Assembly: GCA_000004985.1 (NCBI GenBank)
Contig: GG738845.1
Direction: 5' to 3' (one strand)
Origin: Naegleria gruberi
Taxonomy: Eukaryota
Length of the DNA: 64,000 bases
Position 1 is the stretch's first letter, and the number at the start of each line of letters is the position of its first letter. A program made the translations under genes and the position numbers. Under the pieces are notes generated by a model. It made no database searches. It saw only the letters and a list, made by a program, of their open reading frames with translations, and had not been told where the DNA came from. Below, piece after piece: positions 1 to 11,781 of the stretch.

Positions 1-807
1 TAGAAAATGCCCATTTCTGTCTTTTCTAAAAAGTCCAGATTTGATATACTTTCTCTTTTTCTTAATACCTTTCTTGTTACTTATTTTGCTATAGTTGTTA
101 TTGGAGTTTTTAGGTATTATAGAACTTTCAATGGCTGATGATTTATCGAGTTGATTAATTCTTTTATCATCATCTTCCTCTTCACTCTCAGACATGTCAG
201 AGTCCACAGTACGAATCATGTCTTCCTTTTGATCAGAAACACCTAATGACATAGTTGGTTCATTAGCCAGTGAAATATCAGTGCAAGTTAACCCGTGTTC
301 ATTTTGAATCAAACTTTCTTTGATCCTATCGAGTACAGGTTGCAAATACTTTCCATATAAAACAGTTGGCATGACAAGTATCTTGGTTTGCTTAGTTTCA
401 TCTGCATTGAGCACGTTGATGTTACTGAATAAATTGTTTTCATCAATAATGCAATCCTCAATACTGTGGTAAATGATGGAAGAAGATTGGGTTGTGTTGA
501 TATCCGTATGAATATGTTGTTGTGGCACTAGTTGAAGATGAGTTGGATAAGTATTATTTAAATTATAGTTTGAATGGTCCAACATTGAATTGAAAACAGG
601 ATTGCTTGATTGAGTGAGGTATTGAGTTAAAACTTGATTAATATTCAAATAACCTGTTTGGGATTGGTTCGTGATTGGACAACCACTACCCAATAGCTTC
701 AAATGTTCATCAATAGCAGCAGAGATATTTGTCACAAGATTGTTTCTCAAAGGAAAAGATCCTCTTTGTTGCATGAATCCTATATTGTTTGAAGACAAGA
801 ATTCCAT
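1..807 (-). CDS. hypothetical N/S/Q-rich protein, 5' portion only; the gene continues past the window start
   Basis: Reverse-strand frame is open from an in-frame TAA at about 913 down to position 1. First ATG is at 807 (complement), giving MEFLSSNNIGFMQQRGSFPLRNNLVTNISAAIDEHLKLLGSGCPITNQ...SESEEEDDDKRINQLDK...KKKRKYIKSGLFRKDRNGHF. About 270 codons without a stop in AT-rich DNA is strong coding evidence. I recognise no family. The ORF track omits it because it has no stop inside the window. An upstream exon cannot be excluded. Confidence 0.4.
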   Translation of the reverse strand, partial: MEFLSSNNIGFMQQRGSFPLRNNLVTNISAAIDEHLKLLGSGCPITNQSQTGYLNINQVLTQYLTQSSNPVFNSMLDHSNYNLNNTYPTHLQLVPQQHIHTDINTTQSSSIIYHSIEDCIIDENNLFSNINVLNADETKQTKILVMPTVLYGKYLQPVLDRIKESLIQNEHGLTCTDISLANEPTMSLGVSDQKEDMIRTVDSDMSESEEEDDDKRINQLDKSSAIESSIIPKNSNNNYSKISNKKGIKKKRKYIKSGLFRKDRNGHFL

Positions 808-1168
808 TGTATCAAGAGTTCTTTGCAAGTTGGTGGTATGGGTGATGTAAATATTATTATTGGCGACTAACAAGATGGTTAGTTTAGAAAATATGGTTGG
901 TTCAGCTGTTTTTTAAACTTGGTGCCTGCGACAAGCTTCGGATCCTTGATTTACTAGAGGATTACTGGAAATAATATTCAATTAATAATTTAATATTATT
1001 ATTACATGATGATTATTCAACAAAAGTGTGAATTTTAATTTTTGTTAGTGGTTTGTTATGTTTAGGAAAACTAACCTTATGGTGGTTGGTTTGTTTTTTT
1101 GCGTTCGTATTTTTGAAAGTGTCGACAATCGGAGTTTGGCTTAAACGGGTTTATTAGTTTGAAGTAAT

Positions 1169-4100
1169 TTATTGCTGGTTGTTAGGAATTACTGAGCCAA
1201 TATCGTCATCATCATTGAATTCATCATCTTCTTCCATAGTCTTTCTTCTACAAACCATACCTTCCTCACTTTGCTTGAAGCCTTTTTTGTATTCCTTTAA
1301 AGTTTCAGACACTGGTTTGGAGCTCTTAAACTTCTTGTGACCATCAACATTAATATCTTTAGACATGAGTGGTTTCATTGCTGTTTGAAGACTGTTAAAT
1401 AATTGAGGATAAATTAATTCTTGATTAGCTAAGAGTGTCTTGACACGAGCTCTTTCTTTTGGTATTTCAAAACAGGCTGGGCAATTTTCATTAATGACAG
1501 GCAAACCACTTTCCCATGCGAACTTTTTGGTTTCTGTCTCTCTCACATAGATAAGTGGACGAATAACACGTAAATCTCCAACATCAATAGTATAGTGAGC
1601 CTTCATAGTTCTCATAAATCCGTTGTGGAAAATAGACATGATAAAACTTTCAGCTAAATCATCAAGATGTTGACCAAGTACAAGTACATTATAACCTTCT
1701 CTTCTGGCAGTATTGTACAAAATACCTCTTTTCATTCTGGCGCACCAAGCACAAATTGAAGAAGCATCACATTCTTTTGCGCCTTCAATAACAGATTGGG
1801 ATTCATAGAAATATGGAACTCCTAATTGTTTACAATAGTTAATTAATGGGGAAGGGTCATAGCTTGCAGTTTGAGGATCAACTGTACAAGCACCAAATTC
1901 AAAATTGATACCCAAGTTGCTATATTGCAATGCATGTAAAACATGGAGTAATGTTAGAGAATCTTTACCACCAGACAAACCAAGTAATAATCTATCACCT
2001 TCTTTAATCATATCAAACTCACGAATGGCTTTCTTGACAGGTGCCATAATTGACTTGGCATCAACTCTTGGCCACATCTTGTAGTGATTTTTCAAAATTT
2101 CTCTTCGTTTCTTTTCATCATCAACATCTCCCGTAATCTTATCGAAAACCTTTCCATCCAATTTTGGTCTCTTTGGAATATATTTCTTGGAAGCCTCTTG
2201 TTGTTTCCAGTCACCTTCAATTAAATCCTCTTCAATGCATGGCATGTCTAGGATAGAAGATTCAACCAAAGGAGTTACAGAAATAGGTTCAACAATAGGT
2301 GGTTGTGAATCATTTTCAACATTTTCAACAGGTATGATTTCAGAATTAAGTGTTGATTGTATCAAAGAGCTTGTCAATTTGGTATTATTACTTTCATTTG
2401 AGACAAGATTAGAAACATTAAAACCAGTCCATGGATTAAGAATTGATTGTTTGTAAATTTTTGTAATATCACCACCTTGTAATTCTTCAACAATTTGCTT
2501 TGGAAAAACAAACCATCTCCATTTTTCAGCATGATCAATTTGTTCATCCTTTGTTGGGAGATTTTCCTTATTAATAATACTATTTTCTTTCAGCAGGTTT
2601 GTGTTTGGTTTGTTGAGAAGAAGTAAATCTTGATCTACAATTCTATACTTTGGATTTGAGAATTCCTTTACAGCTTGTTCAGCAGACTCTTCAGCTTGTT
2701 TCAGATATGTATCATATTCTTTCTTTGGTGAACTAATCTTATATCCAATTTCTTGTCTATATTCAAGTTTACCATTTTTGTAAGAAATATTTTGTAACCA
2801 TCTTCTTGTTGGAAATTTTCTGTTATTATTATGAATCCATTCGCCTGATTCTGGATAAAAGTAATAATATGGCAAAAACTTGTAGCCATTTTCAGCAACA
2901 AATTTTACGGATTTAACAATATATTGGAATGTATCTTCATCCATAAAATAATTAAAGTTCAAACGAACAAAACCAGGTCTCAAAAACTCATAATCATCAT
3001 CTGATAAAAGTACATTTTCCAAACTCTTAGCATCGTTATATTTGAGACCAAAGAGGAAATGAGAAAATGGACCAGCACATGCACAACCAGATCTAGTTTG
3101 GATGCCAAACAAATCATTCAATAAAATTGAAACAAATGTAGATGGAAGGAAGGAGTTATGGTGTCTTACTAGGAAGCTGAATATTGGTAAACGAGGAGTG
3201 TTCTCATTGTGGCCAAGAATTACCAAATTTCTTGTTGACTTGAAGGATTCAAAAGCACGTTCAGTGAAATTAGTCTCAATTTGTGAAATCAATTGAGTGC
3301 CAACAGCCTGACGAAGTTGGAAAATAAGACCACATCTGACTGATCCTAAAATTTCAGGAGTACCACCTTCTTCTCTTTCATAAGACTTTTTAACATAATG
3401 ATGGTCTCTGTCAGTAACAAAGAATACAGTTCCACCGCCTGGGTTTTCAGGAATCTTATTTTTAAAGAGATGTTTTTTAGCAACAAGTACTCCTGGTGTA
3501 CCTGGACCTCCAATGAATTTGTGAGGACTAAACACAAGAGCATCCTTATAACAGAGAGCTCTTTCCTCGAGAGGAATCTCCTCTGCAACCTTACCAAAAG
3601 TGTGATCTAAATTCTCTGTAGAAACACCTCTTGGATTCATATCTATTTTAACATAAGGAGCTGCACAAGCATAATCCCAAACTACATATCCACCATATTT
3701 GTGAATTAAAATTGAGATCTTGTTAACATTTGGTTCAAGAACACCAGTCACATTTGATGCTGCAGAGAAAACACCAATAAGCATTCTCTTTCCGTTATTA
3801 TAATATTTTAACTTGTTTTCCAAATCCTCAAGATCAGCAACTTCATTTCTAGTTGGGCTAGAATCATTTGATGGTAAATAGAGTTTGATTGGAACAATGT
3901 GACAGCAGGATTCTCTCCAAGGAAGAATATTTGAATGGTGTTCAGCTGGACCAACAAAAACTACAGGTTGTACCTCATCAATTTCTTCACTTGATTCAAT
4001 ACTATAATAATTGTCATAAAATCCATTATTTGATTGCAAATTTTGTAAATTAGATGATAATTTCTTTTTGCTTTGTTGTTGAGAAGAAATGGTAAATTCT

Positions 4101-4746
4101 CTTTCCCATTTTCTTCTTTCCATTTTCATACTAGTTTCACCACCTCTTTCTAAACCCAAAAGATGTACTAATTTGTTAACAGCACTTGTTGAACCACTTC
4201 CACTAAATATTAAAACATCCTTTTTACCACAATTCAATGCATTTCTAATAATATAACGTGATTCATGTCTAAAAAGAGTACTTTGAAGACCAGTAATTGA
4301 ACTTGTTGTGTGTGTATTGGCATACATGGTCATTACTTGTTTCTTCATAAAATCTTCTAAAAAGTTGAGAGATCTACCTGAGGCAGTGTAATCACAATAG
4401 GTTATTTTTCTATAACCAAAAGGTGATTTAAAAACTTCATCATCTCCAATAATTGAATCATGAATAGTTTGTATGAGAGCAGACTTTTCCTTTACTAGAG
4501 ATTCATTATCTAAAATTTAATCAGATAAATTATAATGACTAGATTCAATAGATAATACATACCTGTTAAACTAGCTTCCTCTTCAGTATCGTTTGTTGCA
4601 CTTCTACCACCTGCTTGTTCGTGGTAAGAAACACGGAAGAAGGCTCTTGAACGTTTGGCAATAACAGATTCCTCTTCTTCTAAACCAACATGTTCACTAA
4701 CTGTCGGGATGTTATGGTTGCTATCACCACTATTATCTGTAATCAT
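1169..4746 (-). CDS. two-domain fusion protein: N-terminal class-V aminotransferase / NifS-like (MOCOS-type) cysteine-desulfurase domain plus C-terminal TtcA-type PP-loop tRNA 2-thiocytidine synthetase domain. Two exons: complement(join(1169..4509,4563..4746)), about 1174 aa
   Basis: Exon 1 (4746..4563) encodes MITDNSGDS...GGRSATNDTEEEASLT. A 53-bp GTATGT..TTTAG intron (4510..4562) joins it in frame to the 1059-codon ORF, giving ...ITYCDYTASGRSL... (the YLDxAA(T/S) class-V start). The PLP-lysine motif is VFSPHKFIGGPGTPGVL. The active-site cysteine sits in IQTRSGCACAGPF (compare MOCOS RTGCFCN). After a low-complexity linker the C-terminus matches E. coli TtcA along its length: GDRLLLGLSGGKDSLTLL (PP-loop), INFEFGACTVD, CAWCARMKRGILY (TtcA CSLCSRLRRGILY), GQHLDDLAESFIMSIFHNG (GHHRDDILQTLFLNMFYGG), IRPLIYVRETE (IRPLAYCREKD), NCPAC. 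Confidence 0.8.
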
Positions 4747-4895
4747 TTAAAATAGTAACGGGCGACTATGGCTATTTTTTTCAATTCAAAAATTTTTAGT
4801 TCAAATTTAAAAATCGACAACCTTCGCTTAGAATAAATTAGTTTAAAAACAAAAGGTGGATATTCAACATTGAATTTATTTACAATAATTAACAA

Positions 4896-6315
4896 CTATT
4901 CCTTTAATTTAAGATATAGAGAATGCAATAATCTGGACTTTCTTAAAAGTGGTTCAGTCTCCAAATATAAAATTACATCTTGAGGTGTTATTACAATTGA
5001 TGATGGTCGTTTTCCAAGTTGTGACGAGTCATCATCAAACTCTTGCCCGTTGTTTTGTTTTGTAGAGTTGGTTACATTGCTTGCAGAAGGAGTTTTTTTA
5101 AGGGTCGAAGATGTCTTATTTGATTGACTCAAATTTGCGATTGAGGATTTCTTTCCAAGTGCAACGTCAATAGCAACATTCATATCAGACATTTTTTGTT
5201 CTTCATCCTCTTTTGAACTTTGATTTCTCTTTCTCTTTCCTTCTGATGATCCAGATTGTTTTTTTCGTTGGGCTTCTTTGGAGCGTTCCTCTTCCTCTCT
5301 TCTTTGTTCATCCTCTTGTAAAATTTTTTGTTTGATTTTCAATTCTCTATTTACCAAAGAATAATTACTATTTGAAGTAATCTCAATAAAGGAGGTATTA
5401 TCACTGGCATTAATTGGGGTATCCATTCTTGTTTTTGAGTTTAATACTAATTCCTCAACTATTGATCTCATTCTATCCTGAACTGCCAATGAAATAAATT
5501 CAACTAGAGCATCACTCACGGTAGGCTTCAATTGTTGAGTTTTAAGAATACGATTAATCTTATTTCGTAAATTGGTAGAATTGAGAAAAGAAACCTCTGG
5601 TTGAAATCTACTAGAATAATATGAGTGCACTTCATCATCATTGGCAAAAGGATGAACAGGAGTTTCTGGTTGTTGTTGATCCTCTACTTTTTTCTTTTTT
5701 GATGGAGGTTGTGTTGGAATAACTTGTGATGGTGTTGATTGTGGTTGTAATGGAGGAGGGATTGATGATTGTGGAGGTTGTGTGACTCCCATACTACCAC
5801 CGTCAGCTTTAGAATTTTTAATTGATTGAAGTTTCTGTATGCAAAGTATTGAATGAATTGGTATTAAATTCTTTAATTAAACTTACCTTAAGTAACTCTC
5901 TTGCTTGTGGATTATTTGCAACAAAATTCTTTCTATCTTCTGCGGTCATTGTTTTCATGCTTTTAAACATTATTTGTTCCTCTTCAGTAAAAGGGGTTGG
6001 TGTTTGTGACGGTATTTGTATAGGTTGAGAAGTTTGTGAAGGATTTGGTAGTACTCTAGTTTGTTGTTGTTGTATTAATGTAGATGATGTTGGTATTTGT
6101 ATAGGTTGAGAAGGTTGTAACGGAGTAATAGAAGTAAATCTGTCTTTGATATCCTTTATTCTCTCCGTTAGAGCTCTTACATCTATGAGTCCTGTAATAA
6201 ATTCATCCTTTGCTTTTTGAAGTAAAAGTCTTCCTTCCGGGAGAAGAAGCAGGTTCAATTGCTGTACTTTTTGCTCCAACTTGAGAATGACTGTTTGATT
6301 AAGTTGTGTTGACAT
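4896..6315 (-). CDS. TAF4: TAF4-like TFIID subunit (histone-fold/CCTD region). Two exons: complement(join(4896..5834,5887..6315)), about 455 aa
   Basis: ORFs 5818..6315 and 4896..5792 are joined by a 52-bp intron (5835..5886, GTAAGT..ACAG) in phase 0, giving ...ARELLK|KLQSIKNSKADGGSMGVTQPP.... The C-terminal region SFLNSTNLRNKINRILKTQQLKPTVSDALVEFISLAVQDRMRSIVEEL resembles the TAF4 histone-fold segment (human FLLQAPLQRRILEIGKKHGITELHPDVVSYVSHATQQRLQNLVEKI). The extreme C-terminus PSSIVITPQDVILYLETEPLLRKSRLLHSLYLKLKE matches human TAF4 RQRITRVNLRDLIFCLENERETSHSLLLYKAFLK. This rests on recall of the human sequence; I did not run a search. Confidence 0.6.
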
Positions 6316-6874
6316 TTTTTTTATTAATAAAAATTAATCAAGTGTACACTTTGAGAAATAATGTTGTTTTTAACTATTAATCAAGTAAATGAATTGTTGC
6401 AAACAAGAAATTTTGTGCCAAACCTTCATCAAACTTAGATTTTGATTTTTAGAAAATTTATTCCAGTGTCTAAAGACCTCTAGAATGGCTTTTTGAATGT
6501 TGAAGGAAGTTTGAGAGGATGATGAATCTGTCCACAAGGGCTATATTATCCCTTAAAAACATAATCTCAAACGTTAGCTCAATATTCAAAATATTGCTGA
6601 TATTTGTAAACTCATTCTTTGCACAAATTGTTTTTAAGAATGTAGATCAATTATCACAAATTTTTACACTATTGCATTTTACTCCAATCTTGATAACAGT
6701 TTCCACTTCTCTCGGTATGCGAATTTAGACAAAAAAGGCTTAATATCGACTTCGGGTTGAAACCGAACGGCCTCCATCAAACAAAAAAAATATTCACACT
6801 CGTAAACAAGGTCATCTTTGATATTGTTTGTTCAACATAAAATCATTATCATAGTTAATCGGATATATAATATA

Positions 6875-7873
6875 ATGGCCCAACTTGCTGTTATTACCCA
6901 TAATGCCATAAAGGATATGGGAGTTTTTTTTGATTGTTATATACCAGTGCAAAAGAATATTTCAACAGTGTATCCTGCTGATAAATTGTCTGATTTGAAT
7001 GGTTTTGATGCTGGACTTGTTAATTTTTGGTCATTCATGTTACAAAATTATTCTTTAAATATGGTAACAATTATACTCCCTTTCACAGTTTTACTTTTAA
7101 ACTATGTTTTTGTTTGTGGATTCATGTGGTTCATTGAACAATGTGACTTTTCATTCTTGAGGAAATACAAGATTCAACCTGTAAGTATTATTTATCGGAG
7201 TTGGAACTGACAATTATTTTAGAAAAAGTATAATAGTGGATCTAAAATTTTTTGGGCCACTCTTTATTTACTTTACACTTACTTTGTTATTATCCTACCA
7301 ATGTATACTGCTGCATTCTATATTTTGAGTCAAGTGGATTACTTTAGTTTGGAAGTTTTTGATGTTCCAAACTGGAAAACTTTGGTATGGCAAATTGCTG
7401 TGTGTTTATTCTTTGAAGATTTTGGTCACTATTGGTTGCATCGTTGGATGCATACTCCTTGGGCTTATAAGGTTATTCACAGAAGACATCACGAATTTGA
7501 TGCTCCAAGCTCACTTTCCACCAGTTATGCCCATCCAGTTGAAATTGTAATTCAAGGTATTGCTACATTCTTGGGACCAATCATTCTCAGACCACACATT
7601 TTAACTCTTTTCATTTGGGTCAACGTTAGACAGCTTGCTGCTTGTGAAACTCACTCTGGTTATGATTTCCCATTCTCTCCAAATAATATCCTCCCATTCT
7701 TTGGAGGTGCTGATTTGCATGATTTCCATCACAGAACTTATAATGGCGCTTACAGTTCGAACTTTGTTTGGTGGGATGTTTTGTGTGGAACTGATAATGG
7801 TTATTTTGAATGGAAGAAGAAACAACAATCAAAAAGAGAAAAAGACACTTCTGACGAGAAGAAGGACAACTAA
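6875..7873 (+). CDS. MSMO1: methylsterol monooxygenase (C-4 methylsterol oxidase, ERG25/MSMO1; fatty-acid hydroxylase superfamily). Two exons: join(6875..7180,7223..7873), about 318 aa
   Basis: The true ATG is at 6875 (ATAATGGCC); the earlier M in the ORF track is spurious. A 42-bp GTAAGT..TTTAG intron (7181..7222) in phase 0 gives ...FLRKYKIQP|KKYNSGSKIFW..., compared with human MSMO1 PYMKKYKIQKDKPETW. The three histidine boxes are HRWMH, HRRHH and HDFHHRTYNGAYSSNFVWWD (human [21 protein letters not shown]). Also VHSGYD(F/I)P and the C-terminal GTDNGY are conserved. Confidence 0.85.
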
Positions 7874-7943
7874 GCTCAAAAATGTAATCTAAAATTGTTT
7901 GGTGTATACCAATAAGTCAATAAATTCAATAATTGAAAATAAT

Positions 7944-10900
7944 TTATTTTCTTCTTGTAAAACATCTCAATTTGGAAACAATTTTTTCCAAATTTTCAAA
8001 GAAAGTGCGCAAATTTTTTGCTCTAAGGTCATATTCTGTAATTCCTTCCAATAACAATTGGAAACCTTTTGCAATATCTTGAGAGTGATTTGGTTCATTC
8101 ATTAAAACTCCTTCAACAGCAATTCTGAAACTATTTTGATCCCACAAAATGAGGCCGTAGAGAGTATCACTAATGTTGTGCAAAAGTTCAATATCGAAAA
8201 CTTCATACAGCAACATGTTCACACTTTCCCTTATTAACATTCCTACAAACGATTGATCTTGTTGGTTAAAAGATAAAGGATATTTAGCCCTATGCGAACT
8301 TAATGAATGAATGGCATCAAAACTGTCTTGTGCAATATCAAGCTCGAAACTAGAATTATGTGTCACAAATTGGAAAATTTAAATTACTTACTGCCTAATA
8401 CCAAAAACGAGAGAGTTAATGAAATGATTGAATAATTGATTTGGTAATAAAGCAACCTTCTCAGGATACATTTCCATCATGAAACCAATAAGTTTAAAAT
8501 ATTGTTTGCGAAGAGGGGTGAAATCCAACAGCTCAATAGTTATAAGAGGCAACATTAAATGAATTCCTTGGAAAACATAATTCACAATGGTATTTTGGGT
8601 ATTTTCATCATTTTTGACATGAACCTCAGCAGAAAATACTCCTACACTATCAAAATCAGAAAAGTCTAAAAAGTCTTTCGATATCATAAATGTTAAGGTT
8701 TTCAAAAGAATTAATAAGTCCTTATACTGTTCTTCTTCAGAAAGGTCATCAAGGGCGTTTCTTCTCTTTGAATTTGCATTAACGGATTTTTTAGCATTCT
8801 GTTGTACAAAGGATTGAATCATTATGAGACAAGTGTGGAAAAGAGATTTGCATTGATTTTTTGTTATATGTGGAATGAATGACTTGACACAATTTTTGAA
8901 AACTCTTAGAATTAGAGTGACAAATTGCTCGTGAAGGTGGTATTGATTTAAAAGTTTGATAAGATTAATAAGGATTTTTTCTGATTCAAAAAATGAAAGC
9001 ATAATTTCAGCAACATCTGAATTTGTTGAACCTTTGGCTATTCCTAAAAATTTCTCAAAACAATAATCCAATTGTTCCATGATTTGAGGTTGTTGATATA
9101 CTTCTGTAAAATCACTTCTGGAAAGTATTGAATTGAACTGATCTCTGAGAGGTGTTAAAATTACTTTTAGAACTTGATGTAACTCTTCAAAATCTTTCTT
9201 GTCTTGTATCTTTTTGATAAAAGATGCACAACAGGATGTAATACATTGAGTTAGTTTGCCTTTGATTGAGTTTGAAGCTTTCTGTAGGGTATGATAGGTA
9301 TTATAATCATTCTTTACCATTTCTACGAAAGTATTAGTTCTGATAAGACATTTTTGGATAGATTTTTTTCTTGACATTGTCATGAATAATCTAATTGATT
9401 CTAGACATGTTTCGTGCTCACTTGACCAGTGTACAAGGTTATGAGAAATTTTTTGTAGCAGATAATCCACAATTTTCACACCGTTTTCTGATTGCTCCCC
9501 GTACATATGTATAATTGATTTGCTAATACTCTCAGTATGGTGAGATATTTCAGGCATCAAATATGATTGTGCCCATCTCCAAAAGAACCACATTAAAATT
9601 TTTGCAATTCTAGGACTAAGCATTTGTGGACTCTTGGAAAGGCAAAGAAGTTCAAATTGAGAAAACTTAATTATAGAGTTAATAAAGTTAAAGAAAACAT
9701 TATCTGAAGATCCATCTGTTAAATCTACGATCTCTAATGGGAGTGTAGGTGCTTCACCTTCTACATGATCAGCAACTGTATAACCTCCAATTTCTATAAT
9801 CCATTCAAAATCTTCCCACAAACCATCCAATTGTCTGTTTTGTGAATTTTGGCCAAATAGGTTTTGTAAGAGGGAAAATCTGGTAGAAAATTTGTGGTAT
9901 AAAAGTTGTAGAGATGGTTCTGCTAGTTGTCTACCTAGAACACCAATAGCATTCAATTGTTCATCAACAACTGACTCTTCATTTTCATATTCATCATCTT
10001 CAATATCGGATGGTGGTCTCTGCTCTGGAACTTTGAGATCAACATAACTCTTGTAAATTTCAAAGCAACATTGTCTAACTAAATCTGATCCCTTCATATC
10101 TAAGTATAAACCTGATGGTGAATGACGAGCTGATGTTAGGGATTCACAAATCAAGCTCCAACATTCAAGAAGAGTGGTCAAACTATCCAAAATAAATTGA
10201 TCATTAAATTTGGATGATATTTCAATTGTTCTTATGGTAGCTTTTGTAAGATGTTGAATTATTTCCATAAATTGTGCTTGGTTTAAATGATAGTAAATTT
10301 CTATGAATGTTGAAAATTTAAAATTAGTAAATAATCGATAAATACACTGAGAACAATCATAAATTTCCTGTCCACAAATTAATGAAAATTCCAATGATGT
10401 AACATTAGAAAGAGCACTAAATATGATTAAATATATCAATATTAAGTTTTACAAACCTATTCATTAATGAAAAAATACTTGACAAAAGTCCAATAAAAAA
10501 ATTCAATTTAGAATTTCTATCTGTAAAACAGTCGATTGAAATATTGCACCACTGAGTTAAACAAAGTCGTACTTGATGTGTAATTCTAATAAAAAGTTCA
10601 GCGTCCAAAGCATTTTGATTAGAAGATGTAATAACAAGGCCTTGGCGAAATTTTTGATGGAATTGAATTAAAAGTGTTAAGATATCAGTATTAGAAAATC
10701 TTTCCTTCCATTCCTTGGATGATGGAGAGATTTTGCCTTGTTCTAGGAACGCAGAACCAGAACCACCTCCACTGCTAGCATACTTATTTTTGTAAATTTT
10801 AGTAGAAATAATAGTCTTCAATGAACTCATTTCATTAAATGGAGAAAAATCCCAACAAAGAACCTCACGTATCAGTTGAAGAGCATTGACTGACATTTTT

Positions 10901-11781
10901 AACAGTTCTGAAATTTCATTTGTAACAACTCCACAAAATATTGATTCATCCTGGATGGAGAGAGTTCTTTTTAAAATGTCGCAACCCAATACAAAACAAT
11001 TGGATAAAAAATCTTGTTGGAACATTACTCGAGATTTTTCATGAAATTCCCAATTCATTCCAATTTCAGATGATGATCCTCCAAGAGAAAATTCAGTAAT
11101 TAAATTCAGTAATAATTGAAGAGCTAAATTTTGGGACATTTGTTGTACCTGTGGTGAATCTTGGCTAAGAAGTTGTTGAATATGAGTAAATGTCATTTCT
11201 CTAAATTGTTTTCCTCCATTATTTTCATCAATCCAAGATCTTTTTTGAATAATTGAGTAACCTTGTAATAATTGATTAATTATTTGTTGTAAAATAGAAG
11301 GAGGTTGAATTGAACCAGCACCAGAACTGATAGAAGATGGAACATTTCCTCCCAAAACAACAGAGGCAATAAATTCAAATAAATATTGACTCAAGTTTAG
11401 TTTCATACTAACATCCAAAACATTCCATTCTTGAACAATAGATTTCTTGATGATATTTGAAGCAAAAAACTTTGTTACTACACTATATTGTGGTCCCTCT
11501 ATGAAATTATTAATAACAAATATATTTAAAATTATAATGATGATTACGGAATAAAAACGTACCAAGAATATGTCTACAAAAATCGTATGGTTGTGGTTGG
11601 TTTTGACAATGTTGAATAAAAGCTTCATACTCCTTTCGTTTCCTATTATCAGCAACCTGAAATAAAAATTGATGAATAACTATTTTCTTCTCTCAACACT
11701 TACGATATTCAAGTTTGAACAAGCTTCCTCTAGCTTTTGACCCAAATCATCGAAGGGTTGAAGAGGTTTTTGTGGTTCCAT
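7944..11781 (-). CDS. XPO4: exportin-4 / exportin-7 family nuclear export receptor (importin-beta superfamily, HEAT-repeat). Five exons: complement(join(7944..8349,8392..10416,10457..11498,11563..11656,11704..11781)), about 1214 aa
   Basis: Three large reverse-strand ORFs are linked by short introns with frames preserved: intron 1 is 11657..11703 (47 bp), intron 2 is 11499..11562 (64 bp), intron 3 is 10417..10456 (40 bp, GTTTGT donor) and intron 4 is 8350..8391 (42 bp). The N-terminus MEPQKPLQPFDDLGQKLEEACSNLNI|VADNRKRKEYEAFIQHCQNQPQPYDFCRHILE|GPQYSVVTKFFASNIIKKSIVQEW resembles the exportin-4 N-terminus (..[47 protein letters not shown]). The product is all-alpha and about 1200 aa. Family assignment is moderate. 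Exact junctions 3 and 4 are the only frame-compatible GT-AG choices I could find. Confidence 0.55.

Noticed and set aside
933-945. Adjacent HindIII and BamHI sites (AAGCTTCGGATCC) plus a SalI site at about 1120, suggestive of a cloning-vector polylinker
   Set aside because: The surrounding sequence is native-looking AT-rich intergenic DNA. There is no other vector signature (no lacZ, M13 sites or ori fragments). Most likely coincidence, but worth a vector screen.
2187-3610. Small ORFs (2187..2456 +, 2701..2901 -, 3102..3296 +, 3346..3597 -, 3398..3610 +) inside or antisense to the fusion gene
   Set aside because: They are fully embedded in a 1059-codon ORF with strong domain homology. They are short, low-complexity, and have no conserved motifs. 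They are chance ORFs in AT-rich DNA.
5822-6028. Plus-strand 68-aa ORF overlapping the TAF4-like gene
   Set aside because: It is antisense to a spliced gene with conserved C-terminal homology, and has no independent support.
6730-6766. Hairpin-forming GC-rich element considered as a tRNA or snRNA fragment
   Set aside because: The loop GTTGAAA is not a T-loop (TTCRANY). There is no acceptor/D/anticodon arm arrangement and no Box A/B spacing. No tRNA-like structure was found anywhere in the window.
7359-7892. Overlapping ORFs (7359..7550 +, 7601..7828 -, 7626..7832 -, 7635..7892 +) inside the MSMO1 second exon
   Set aside because: These are alternative-frame or antisense reads of a well-supported conserved CDS.
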